Origin: an uncultured Acidobacteriota bacterium
Lineage (GTDB): Bacteria; Acidobacteriota; JAQAZP01
Assembly (NCBI GenBank): GCA_963836075.1
Contig: CAWIIB010000009.1
Span: forward strand, 1,632,001-1,696,000
Length of the DNA: 64,000 nucleotides
Direction: 5' to 3'
Each line of letters starts with the position of its first letter. Positions within the stretch are counted from its first letter, which is position 1. The notes under the pieces are model-generated. The model was not told the DNA's origin, searched no databases, and worked only from the letters and a program-made list of their open reading frames with translations. Below are positions 32,966 to 41,706 of the stretch, one piece after another. The translations under genes were made by a program, and so were the position numbers.

Positions 32966-34180
32966 TCAGCCGGTCTTTGGCGGCAGCCTGAACTCGCCCA
33001 GCGTGATCGGCACGGCCACCTTGAGCATCAGGGTGAAGACAAGGAAGCCGAGGCTGAAGATGCCCACCGCCACCTGGATCTCGGTGGTGGAGGGGAAATA
33101 CTCGTAGATCTCGCCCAGGGTGTCGGGGGTCATCCCCGGGATGACCAGGGCCAGCCCCTTTTCGATGTAGACCCCGATGTAAATCAGCACGCAGCCGATG
33201 TTGAGGGTCACCCAGTTCCGGCGGGTGGCTGGAACGAGAAAGATCACCAGCGCCGCCAGGCTGAAGATCACCGAGAGCCAGGTCCAGGGCACGATGGCCC
33301 GGTGGCCCTCCAGACCGAAGAACATGTAGCGGGCGTGCACCAGGTGGTGGGTGTCGGAATAAAACTCCTTGAACACCTCGGCGCCGAAGAGGAAGAGGTT
33401 GAAGGCCATGGCATAGGCCATCAGTTCGGCGATCTTCCAGATCGCTTCGTCCTTGATTTCCAGCCGGGTGGTCCGGCGGAGGATCTGGAGCAGGATGAGC
33501 AGGATCGCCGGCCCGGAGCAGAAGGCTGAGGCGAGGAACTTCGGGGCCAGGATCGCCGAGTTCCAGAAGGGGCGGGCGGCCAGCCCGTTGTAGACGAAGG
33601 CGGTGACGGTGTGGATGCCGATGGCCGCCGGAATGGAGAGGATGATCAGCGGGTTGACGAATGAACCCTTGTGTTTGCGGTTGGTGTAGGAGCAGTAGAG
33701 CAGGTAGGTGACGATGAACAGATTGAGCGCCAGGTAGAGGTTGAGCACGATCACGTCCCAGGCAAGCAGCGAGTTGGGTACGTTCATCCGGCCAACAAAG
33801 GGGATCAGGTGCCAGAAGCGGTCCGGGCGGCCGATGTCGGAGATGACGAAACCGAGGCACATCACGATGGCGCTGATGGCCAGCAGTTCGCCGAAGATGG
33901 TGATCTCCTTGATCGGCTTCCAGTTGTAGATGTAGGCCGGGATGACCAGCAGTACCGCGGCCGCGGCCACGCCGACGAGGAAGGTGAAGTTGCCGATGTA
34001 GAAGGCCCAGGAGACCTGGTCCCGCATGTTGGTGGCCACCAGACCGCTGGAGAACTGGTCCACCAGACCGAAGATCCCCACCAGGATCAGGAGCAGCAGG
34101 GCCCCGATCCAGGCGTAGTAGGCCTTTCCGCCATGGATGATGCACTGGAAACTGCCGCCGATGAAGCGCAGAAAATTCAC
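32966..34180 (-). CDS. NrfD/PsrC/DsrP-family quinone-interacting membrane subunit (CbcU-like)
   Basis: WAFYIGNFTFLVGVAA, DIGRPDRFWH, SLLAWD, IHTVTAF, PKFLASAF and about 10 TMs. Confidence 0.9.
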   Translation of the reverse strand: MNFLRFIGGSFQCIIHGGKAYYAWIGALLLLILVGIFGLVDQFSSGLVATNMRDQVSWAFYIGNFTFLVGVAAAAVLLVIPAYIYNWKPIKEITIFGELLAISAIVMCLGFVISDIGRPDRFWHLIPFVGRMNVPNSLLAWDVIVLNLYLALNLFIVTYLLYCSYTNRKHKGSFVNPLIILSIPAAIGIHTVTAFVYNGLAARPFWNSAILAPKFLASAFCSGPAILLILLQILRRTTRLEIKDEAIWKIAELMAYAMAFNLFLFGAEVFKEFYSDTHHLVHARYMFFGLEGHRAIVPWTWLSVIFSLAALVIFLVPATRRNWVTLNIGCVLIYIGVYIEKGLALVIPGMTPDTLGEIYEYFPSTTEIQVAVGIFSLGFLVFTLMLKVAVPITLGEFRLPPKTG

Positions 34181-34198
34181 CGGGCGTTCCTCCCCTGA

Positions 34199-35104
34199 TC
34201 AGGTCCCGTAGAAGTAGTAGAACTTGGGCTGGGTGTTCAGCTCTTCCTTGAACACCAGCACCCGCTTGTTTTCCAGCACGTAGCGGATCTCGCTCTCCGG
34301 GTCCAGCAGGTTGCCGAACTTGCGTGCGCCCACCGGACAGACCTCAACACAGGCCGGGTAGCGGCCGTTTCTCACCCGCTTGACGCAGAAAGTGCATTTC
34401 TCCACCGTGCCCACCGGCCGTACCCGGTTGCCCAGGAAGTGGGTCTCGGGGTTGTATTCCCCGGAAGGCACCGAGGGTGTGGCCCAGTTGAAGTGCCGGG
34501 CGCCGTAGGGGCAGGCCGCCATGCAGTAGCGGCAGCCGATACACCAGTCGTAGTCCACCAGCACGATTCCGTCCTGGTCGGTCCAGGTGGCGCCCACCGG
34601 GCAGACGGTGGTGCACTGGGGGTTGCGGCACTGCTGGCAGGCCACCGGCATGTAGAAGTGGCCTTCCCGGGGCACCTCCTCCGGGTCGTAGTAGGCGTTG
34701 GCCTCGTGGAGGTTGACCCCCTCCTCCTTGGACATCTCCAGCACCCGGATCAGGTGCAGCTGCGGGTCGCGGGAGCAGTTGTTTTCCTCAACGCAGCCGT
34801 AGACACAGCGCCGGCAGCCGATACAGCGGGAGAGGTCGAGACCGTAGCCGTAGAGCACGTCCTCCATGGGCGGTTCGGCGGTCACCGAGACGGCCCTGCC
34901 GAAACGCTCGCTGTGCTGGCGCTGGAGACGGTCCAGCACCTGGGCCAGTTCCTCGCGGGTCATCTCGCGGAAGTGCTGTTGCAGGAACTGCTCGCGGGTG
35001 TCCCGGTCACAGGAGGCCAGGGCCAGGCCGCCCGAGGCCAGGGCGGCGGTGCGCAGGAAGCCGCGCCGTGAAATGCTGCGCCCGGCTGGTGGTGTTTTCT
35101 TCAA
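34199..35104 (-). CDS. Tat-exported 4Fe-4S dicluster protein (NrfC/DsrO/CbcT-like)
   Basis: SRRGFLR Tat signal; CIGCRRC, CQQCRNPQCTTVCP, CIGCRYCMAACP and KCTFC...CVEVCP. Confidence 0.92.
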   Translation of the reverse strand: MKKTPPAGRSISRRGFLRTAALASGGLALASCDRDTREQFLQQHFREMTREELAQVLDRLQRQHSERFGRAVSVTAEPPMEDVLYGYGLDLSRCIGCRRCVYGCVEENNCSRDPQLHLIRVLEMSKEEGVNLHEANAYYDPEEVPREGHFYMPVACQQCRNPQCTTVCPVGATWTDQDGIVLVDYDWCIGCRYCMAACPYGARHFNWATPSVPSGEYNPETHFLGNRVRPVGTVEKCTFCVKRVRNGRYPACVEVCPVGARKFGNLLDPESEIRYVLENKRVLVFKEELNTQPKFYYFYGT

Positions 35105-35697
35105 CGCAGGTTCTCCGGCCTTACTGGCGGTGGCATCGGTTCCAGCGGCTTGAAGCGCGGCGCGTGCGGGTCGTGGCAGTGGACGCAGAGCAGATACTGC
35201 TTGTCACCCCGCCAGTGGCCGGTCCGCTTGCCGTGCACCCCGGCCCGCCAGTCGCGGATCTTCGGGCCGTGGCACTGGCCGCAGAGCCGGTACGACTCGG
35301 TGAACTCCACCGGTTCGCCGCTGGCCAGCCGCAGCACGTCACGGTTTCCGGCATCGTGGCAGTCGAGGCACCAGCGGTGCTCCTCGTCGTGCTGCAGCAC
35401 GATCTCGGTGTGTTCCTCGATCAGCTCCCGCCGCTCGCGGTTCACCTCCATGTCCTCGTGGCACATGCTGCAGGGGAAGTAGTCCGATAGCGGCGGGGGT
35501 GGAACCTCGTATTCCCTCCCCTCACCGGCAGGGGTGGTCGCTGCGCTCACCACCTGTTCTGTCTCTCCAGGCTCGGACGAATCCGATGCGTCGAGGGGCC
35601 CGGGAATGGAAAGGAGCAAGGCAAGCAGAATGACCAGGCACACCATGGCCAGCGAGGAGCGGTCCCGTCGGTCACCGTGTATGCCTGTTGTGTGCAT
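35101..35697 (-). CDS. Tetraheme c-type cytochrome (CbcS-like)
   Basis: Hydrophobic leader; CSMCH, CLDCH, CGQCH and CVHCH. Confidence 0.88.
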   Translation of the reverse strand: MHTTGIHGDRRDRSSLAMVCLVILLALLLSIPGPLDASDSSEPGETEQVVSAATTPAGEGREYEVPPPPLSDYFPCSMCHEDMEVNRERRELIEEHTEIVLQHDEEHRWCLDCHDAGNRDVLRLASGEPVEFTESYRLCGQCHGPKIRDWRAGVHGKRTGHWRGDKQYLLCVHCHDPHAPRFKPLEPMPPPVRPENLR

Positions 35698-35876
35698 CGG
35701 TCACTTTGAAACGGGCCGAATCCTCGGGGATGGCCGGCCAGGGTTGTGGTGCGGGAAGATCGCGTTTTCGACAATACCCTTAGGCAATATAGCATTCAGG
35801 TTTGGTCAGCGCAATTCATGCCCCTCGCCACTGGTCAGTGGGCAGCCTATCGTGGGTCAGCAGGCCGGACAGGACC

Positions 35877-37704
35877 TCACACAAACTCGTGGCAGTCGGT
35901 GCAGGCGTCCGGTGCGTAGTGCTCGTCCTCGAAGCCCCCGGGGTCGTGGCACTCGCTGCAGATTCCGCGCCCCTCCACCGTCCAGTGGTGGGGCCGGTGG
36001 CAGTCGATGCACACCAGGTCGGGGTGGCCGCCGGCGTTGTGATCCCCGCCCAGCTCGTCGTGACAGCTGGAGCAGTCCTCCATCGGGGTCAGCGAACCCG
36101 GTTCGAGGTGACAGTCGGTGCAGGCCATCTCCCACATCGGCGTGTCGGCCTCGCTTTCGTGGCAGTTGGAGCACTGCGGTGAGGGCCGGACCCCCCGGCT
36201 GTGGCAGGCGGTGCACTGCATGTTTGCGTGCTTGCCGGTCAGCAGCATGGGGTGCCAGTTGTCCGACGATGCCTCGGGCGCCATGGCTCCCAGCGGTTTC
36301 AGCTCGCTGCGCGTGGGCATGGTGTGGCAGATGGTGCACTCGTGGCTGAGGACCTTTCCGTCGGGTGTGGCGTGCTTGCCGTCATGGCAGCGGAAACAGC
36401 CGGGCCAGTTGCGGTGGCCGATATTCATCGGATAGGTTGTCCAGTCGACGTTCATCTCGGGGAAGACGGTACGGTCGTAGATCGCCAGCACCATCTCCAC
36501 GGCCTGGTTGATCTCCACGGACCGGCTGCGGTAGAGCTCGGCGTATTCGGTGGCATAGAAGTTGAAGATGGCGTCACGGATGCCTTCCCTGGCTTTGTCT
36601 CGCGTTTCATAGGGTGTTTCCAGCGCTTCCACCGCCACCTTCTTGACCCAGGGCAGGTCCCGGGGAATGTGCTCGTTGTAGAGGGCCATGTCCACCGACC
36701 GGTCGGGGGGCATGAAGCGGTGGGAGGGCCGGTTGTGGCAGTCGATGCAGTCCATATCGCCGGCGCGGCAGCGCATCCGATCTCTTCCGCTGTCAGGATC
36801 CGTGTCCAGCGAGACGTGTATTCGCGCATCTTCGCCGTGTTTCCCCTGCACGCTGAACCAGGGGATGTTCTGCTGCTGCGGGTCGGCCGTGGCATAGGTG
36901 ATGGTGTTGTTGACGATCATGTGCCAGTGGATGCCGTCGCTCTGTCCCAGGGTGGAGGAGCCGCCGCCGGTTTTCATGATCAGGCTGATCTGGTCGTTGG
37001 TGTTCTCTTCGTCATACCTGAAGTAGGGGATCTGCAGCAGTTGGGCCCCGTAGAACTTCTCCGGCCAGTGGCACTCCTCGCAGGTCTCCCGCGCCGGACG
37101 GAGGTGTTTGATCGGGGTGGGGATCGGCGTGGTGTAGTTGTTGAGGATCGTCCGGCTAACCATGTGCGTCCCGGAGAGTTTCGACTTGACGTAGAAGGAC
37201 GTGCCCGGGCCAACGTGGCACTCGACGCACTTCACCCGGGCGTGGGGCGAGTGCTGGTAGGCGGTGTATTCGGGCTCCATCACCACGTGACAGAGCAGGC
37301 CGCAGAAGCGGTTCGACTCGGTGAACAGGAAGCCGTTGTAGCCCACGAAGCAGAGCAGAACGCAAACCAGCAGAATAATCACCGAGATGATACTGAATTT
37401 GCGTCGCTGCCTGCGGTCGTTCAGGTCGAGCTCTGGGGTAGGGCAGCGCGTCGGTGGTTCCGGTCCGCTTGCGCCGCCGGCTTTCCAGCCTCGTTCCAAT
37501 CAGGATGACCAGCACACCGAAGAGAATGATCGAGGGGAAGACCATGTAGCTGAAGATGCCGAGATAGGGGCTGGACGTGATGCCGCTTATCACCACGACG
37601 GTGGACAGGAGGGTGAGCAGTGCTCCGCCGAAGGTGATGATGATTCCGATGTAACTGATTGTATTGCGGTGGAGGCCGGTTCCCTTTTTTCGTGCGCTGG
37701 TCAT
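35877..37704 (-). CDS. ImcH-like NapC/NirT-family inner-membrane multiheme quinol dehydrogenase with 13 heme motifs; +1 frameshift near 37435
   Basis: Three N-terminal TMs (the first two in ORF 37156..37704), then FTESNRFCGLLCH, SPHARVKCVECH, LRPARETCEECHWP, CIDCHNRPSH, GCFRCH, CTICH and seven further C-terminal CxxCH. Confidence 0.85.
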
Positions 37705-37826
37705 GGGTGCGAATCCCCCTCCCCGGTCAAGTCTCGTTTGAGTTCATTCTGTTTACATTTCAGATGAAAGGTGAGTTAGACTATGTTTATTATCTTCTTT
37801 CGGGTTTCTTTGCAAGGGTGCTTTGA

Positions 37827-39569
37827 ATGCAGCGAATACTTTTTGTCTCTGACGGGCGGAGCGGGTTAAGCCTGCTGGCCAAGTCCATGGCCGAGGAAGT
37901 TGCCGGTGATCGATACATCATCGATTGCGTGGTGACCGACACCGAAGAAGCCCATCCATTGGTCCGGGACGTCCTGGAATACATGAACCTCCAGACGGCG
38001 GCGCCATGCCGCAAGCTGTTCGCGGTGCGGGACCTTGCCGACGCTCACATGGTGATATCCTTCGATCACGAGCACGAGCAGACCTGGGGTTCCCTCCCCG
38101 GGTCGGCCACCATTCTGCACTGGGACATCGGCCTGGATCTGGACAGCGGGATCACCCCGGCGGAGCTGCTGGAAAAATACCATGACATCCGCCGGGTCAT
38201 CCGGCACCACATCACCGAGCTGTTCCGGGACCAGTGTCTGACGGTCTACATCCGCAGCCAGCAGAAGTGGATGCGCTATTTCGAATCCATCGACATCGGA
38301 ATCGTGGTCCACGACAGGAACCGCATCATCACCTATTTCAACCGCCACGCCGAAGAGGTGCTGAAATACTCGCGGGACGAAGTTCTGGGACAGGACTGTC
38401 ACGAGCTGTTCCCCTGGCGCCTCTGCGGAGAAAAATGCGCTTTTTGCGACATGAACGAGGATGTGAAGGACAACCTGTGGTACACCCGGGACGTTCAGCG
38501 GAAGGACGGCAAGCTGCGCCACGTGGAGATCAACCTCCTGCCGCTCAGGGGTGAACAGGGGGAATCCCTGGGGGCGATGGTTTCGTTCCGGGATTTCACT
38601 CACCGCATGCACGTGGAGAAGAAATTCGACGAGATCAAGCACTACATGGGCATTGTAGGCCAGACCCCGGAGATGATGCAGGTGTTCGATTCGATCCGCG
38701 ACGTGGGCCCCACTGACGTCACCACTCTCATCCAGGGTGAAAGCGGCACCGGGAAGGAACTGGTGGCCGAGGCGCTGTACAAGATCAGCGGCCGGTCCTC
38801 CCGGCCGTTTGTCGTGGTCAATTGCGGCGCCCTCCCCGAGGGCCTGCTGGAAACCGAACTCTTCGGCCACGTCAAGGGCGCCTTCACCGGGGCCATCCGG
38901 GACAAGATGGGCCGGTTCGAGATGGCGAACAAGGGCACCATCTTTCTCGATGAGGTGGGAGAACTGAGCCCGGCGATGCAGGTCAGGCTGCTCCGGGTTC
39001 TGGAGAACGGCACCTTCGAGAGCGTGGGAGGCGAGAAAACCATCCGGGTGGATGTCCGGGTAATCAGCGCCACCAACCGCAACCTCGAGGAGCGGGTGCG
39101 CCTGCACCGGTTTCGTGAGGACCTGTTCTACCGGCTCTGCGGCTTTATCATCAACCTGCCGCCGTTGCGTGACCGTCTGGAGGATGTCTCCCCCCTGGCC
39201 GAGCTCTTTCTGCAGGATGCCTCCTCACGGCTGGGTCAGCGAGCGGTGTACGACCAGACCTTTCTCCAGTCCCTAAGCCAGTTTACCTGGCCGGGCAATG
39301 TGCGGCAGCTGCAGAACAGTATGCAGTATGCCATCATCAAGGGCCGGGGCCAGCCGCTGAACCTCAGCCACCTTCCCCCCGAGCTGGTTCGCAGCAAGAT
39401 TCCGGCCACTACGGCCAGAAAGCCGGGCCGGCCCCAGAAACTTTCCGAACAGCTGGTTCGGGACGCCATGGAAGAGTCCATGGGCAACAAGGCCCAGGCC
39501 GCCCAGCTGCTGGGCGTCAGTCGCGCCACCCTCTATCGCTTCCTCAATATCAGCCGGACCAGCGGGTAG
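37827..39569 (+). CDS. Sigma54-dependent enhancer-binding protein: ArsC/LMW-PTP-like domain, PAS, AAA+ and Fis HTH
   Basis: GESGTGKE, GAFTGA, FLDEVGE, FREDLFYRL, WPGNVRQL and AAQLLGVSRATLYR motifs. Confidence 0.93.
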   Translation: MQRILFVSDGRSGLSLLAKSMAEEVAGDRYIIDCVVTDTEEAHPLVRDVLEYMNLQTAAPCRKLFAVRDLADAHMVISFDHEHEQTWGSLPGSATILHWDIGLDLDSGITPAELLEKYHDIRRVIRHHITELFRDQCLTVYIRSQQKWMRYFESIDIGIVVHDRNRIITYFNRHAEEVLKYSRDEVLGQDCHELFPWRLCGEKCAFCDMNEDVKDNLWYTRDVQRKDGKLRHVEINLLPLRGEQGESLGAMVSFRDFTHRMHVEKKFDEIKHYMGIVGQTPEMMQVFDSIRDVGPTDVTTLIQGESGTGKELVAEALYKISGRSSRPFVVVNCGALPEGLLETELFGHVKGAFTGAIRDKMGRFEMANKGTIFLDEVGELSPAMQVRLLRVLENGTFESVGGEKTIRVDVRVISATNRNLEERVRLHRFREDLFYRLCGFIINLPPLRDRLEDVSPLAELFLQDASSRLGQRAVYDQTFLQSLSQFTWPGNVRQLQNSMQYAIIKGRGQPLNLSHLPPELVRSKIPATTARKPGRPQKLSEQLVRDAMEESMGNKAQAAQLLGVSRATLYRFLNISRTSG

Positions 39570-39880
39570 ATTCGAAGTGTATCGAAACACAATTGTGACA
39601 ATTGTGTATTGTAATACATCTGGATCAAGTGCAAATTCCATTTTGATCAACAAATTCAGTTGTTCTCGATCTGATCTATTTTTTCTATAGATTATAGTGG
39701 TGTATAGTTAATCGAGTGATGTAGGGAAGGAATGTACGATTTGATGGCAATGAATGTCTTTCGCTGTATCAAAAAAGATAATTAATGGACTGTACATCTC
39801 GATTGTCTCGGATCTCTTCCGGTTTCATCTTCCACCAGCACGTCACCAGTTGCGGCAATATCCAATAAGCATATTGTTTT

Positions 39881-39895
39881 CATACTATTAGTATG
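39881..39895. promoter_or_regulatory. Perfect palindrome, candidate upstream activator site
   Basis: CATACTA-T-TAGTATG, about 135-150 bp upstream of the -24 element. Confidence 0.4.
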
Positions 39896-40027
39896 GGTTT
39901 GCGCGCCTTGCCTGACCTCGGGATTTTTGCCGGAACTATGTCTGAAAACTGGTTGTACCGCTGGTGTGGAAGTCCGTTGCCAGGTGCCTGGACCAGATTC
40001 TCCCTGTTCTGGTTCGAAATGTGAAAG

Positions 40028-40043
40028 TGGCACGAAGTATGCT
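40028..40043 (+). promoter_or_regulatory. Sigma54 (-24/-12) promoter of the omcS-like operon
   Basis: TGGCAC-GAAGT-ATGCT, with GG at 40029-40030 and GC at 40041-40042 (exact GG-N10-GC spacing). Confidence 0.8.
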
Positions 40044-40323
40044 TTACCTATAGCTCCGGTAGTGAATTGATCGCTTTCAGCAGGGGGTTTTGATACACCT
40101 CCGGCGATCGTTCTGTTTTTTGTCTTATGAACGGGTGACAGGGTCAGAAACAGCAAGCAGTTGGTGCTTCAGATTTCTCAGGACCAGTCAGGAAACTGCT
40201 TCCGGCGAAAGGGGGTGTTGGAGCTCAAGCGAGGAAGTTCATGCAGGCCAAGTTGGGATACAGAATCCTGAAAGTACCTGATCAAAATTGAGAGATCAGA
40301 CCTGAATTTAAAAACACTAGGGG

Positions 40324-41403
40324 ATGATGATGAGATCTTACCGAATTCTTCTACTTTGCCTCTCGATCGCACTGTTCGCACTGGCCGGTTCGCCGGTCCT
40401 CGCGTTCCATGATGCCGGTGTGGCCCACTGTAACGGTTGCCATACCATGCACAACAGCCCGGACAACCCGGCCGACTCCGCGGCCGGTAACCAGCACCTG
40501 CTCAAGCAGTCCAACTCCACCGACGTCTGCTCCTCCTGCCACGACACCTCGTACGGCAACACCTGGGGCGCGGACCCGGCGGCTCCCGGCAACATTTACG
40601 GCGGCGGCCAGTTCATCTTCCTCACCGAGGACAACCTGAACGACGGTCACAGCGGCAGCGACCCCGCCAACTGGATTCCCGGTCACCAGGCCGGTCACAG
40701 CGTGATTTCGCTGGACAAGAGCACCGTTGTTGACCCGGTCAACTCCACCGCGCCCGGCGGGACCTATCTCTCGGCGTACATGCACTGCACGTCGTGCCAC
40801 GACCCGCACGGCCGGGGCGGTCACTTCCGCCTGCTCTACGGCAACGACTACCCCGACAGTCATGCCATGGGGTACGTGTTCAACTTCACCAGCCCCGCGC
40901 CCACGGCTGAGGGGACGTCATTCTTCGGACCCGGTGAGGCCAACAACCGTCACACCGCCTTCCAGTCCGGGATGAGCGAGTGGTGCGGCAACTGCCACGG
41001 TGACTACCACAACACGTCTTTCCCCACCGTGCTCGTGCACCCCTCCGGTGCCGCTCTGGGAGCCACCATCTCCGTGAACTACAACCTCTATGAGGGCTCC
41101 GGCAACTACACCGGTGACGGCTCCGATGCCTACCTCGCCATGGTTCCCTTCGAAGACGCGACGATGACCACCGACTATGTCGGCGCCGCTTCCGGTACTT
41201 CCCGGGTGATGTGCCTGACCTGCCACCGCGCGCACGCCTCCTCGGGCCCCAACGCCGGCCGGTGGGATTTCAACGTCACCATCTGGGAGGAAGAGGGCGT
41301 GGAATCCGGCTCCTACGCCATTCCCAACCCCTACGACTCCACCTCGGGAACCCATCAGCGGTCCATGTGCAACAAGTGCCACATGAAGGACCCCGAAGTC
41401 TGA
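40324..41403 (+). CDS. omcS: OmcS-family hexaheme cytochrome (nanowire subunit homologue)
   Basis: Signal peptide, then FHDAGVAHCNGCHTMHNS, CSSCH, APGGTY...HCTSCHDPHG, GMSEWCGNCH, VMCLTCHRAHAS and QRSMCNKCHMKD. All six motif contexts match OmcS as I recall it. Confidence 0.9.
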   Translation: MMMRSYRILLLCLSIALFALAGSPVLAFHDAGVAHCNGCHTMHNSPDNPADSAAGNQHLLKQSNSTDVCSSCHDTSYGNTWGADPAAPGNIYGGGQFIFLTEDNLNDGHSGSDPANWIPGHQAGHSVISLDKSTVVDPVNSTAPGGTYLSAYMHCTSCHDPHGRGGHFRLLYGNDYPDSHAMGYVFNFTSPAPTAEGTSFFGPGEANNRHTAFQSGMSEWCGNCHGDYHNTSFPTVLVHPSGAALGATISVNYNLYEGSGNYTGDGSDAYLAMVPFEDATMTTDYVGAASGTSRVMCLTCHRAHASSGPNAGRWDFNVTIWEEEGVESGSYAIPNPYDSTSGTHQRSMCNKCHMKDPEV

Positions 41404-41432
41404 TTCGTTCCTTAAATGTATGAGCTGTAAAA

Positions 41433-41470
41433 GACAGGGCAGGCACAGTGCCTGTCCTGTCTTTTTTTTT
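41433..41470 (+). terminator. Intrinsic terminator after the omcS-like gene
   Basis: GACAGGGCAGGCA-CAG-TGCCTGTCCTGTC stem followed by T9. Confidence 0.9.
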
Positions 41471-41706
41471 CTGGCAACCTTCGTGGTGCCAATTGCCCCG
41501 CCCGGGGCACTGTTCCCCGTCCAGCCTGATTGCCGCTGGACAGGCTCCGGCGCTCCTTCCGGCTGTCGATGGCCCCCTGCTGCTCACGCCGACGGGCAGT
41601 GCCTGGCAGCAGGGATTCCGGCTTTACACCGCACCCCGGTTCACGTAGGCTCGAAACCATCAAGCCGCCGGAGGAGAGGGATGCCCAGTTCCGGACCGGG
41701 GATGCC

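Noticed and set aside
32966-35104. DsrOP as evidence of sulfate reduction
   Set aside because: No dsrMKJ or dsrAB is present in the window; the tetraheme partner and context fit a Cbc-type complex better.
35811-35825. Second sigma54 promoter upstream of the tetraheme gene (AGGGGCATGAATTGC on the minus strand)
   Set aside because: GG-N10-GC spacing is present but the -24 element departs from TGGCAC; too weak to call.
40180-40260. Possible GEMM-I cyclic-dinucleotide riboswitch (GAAA loop, GGCCAAGTTG)
   Set aside because: The conserved GCAAA/CAAAGC core and P1 pairing could not be found by eye.
39782-40381. Small ORFs 39782..40156, 40090..40281 and 40178..40381
   Set aside because: They have atypical composition and no motifs, and they overlap the sigma54 promoter and leader.
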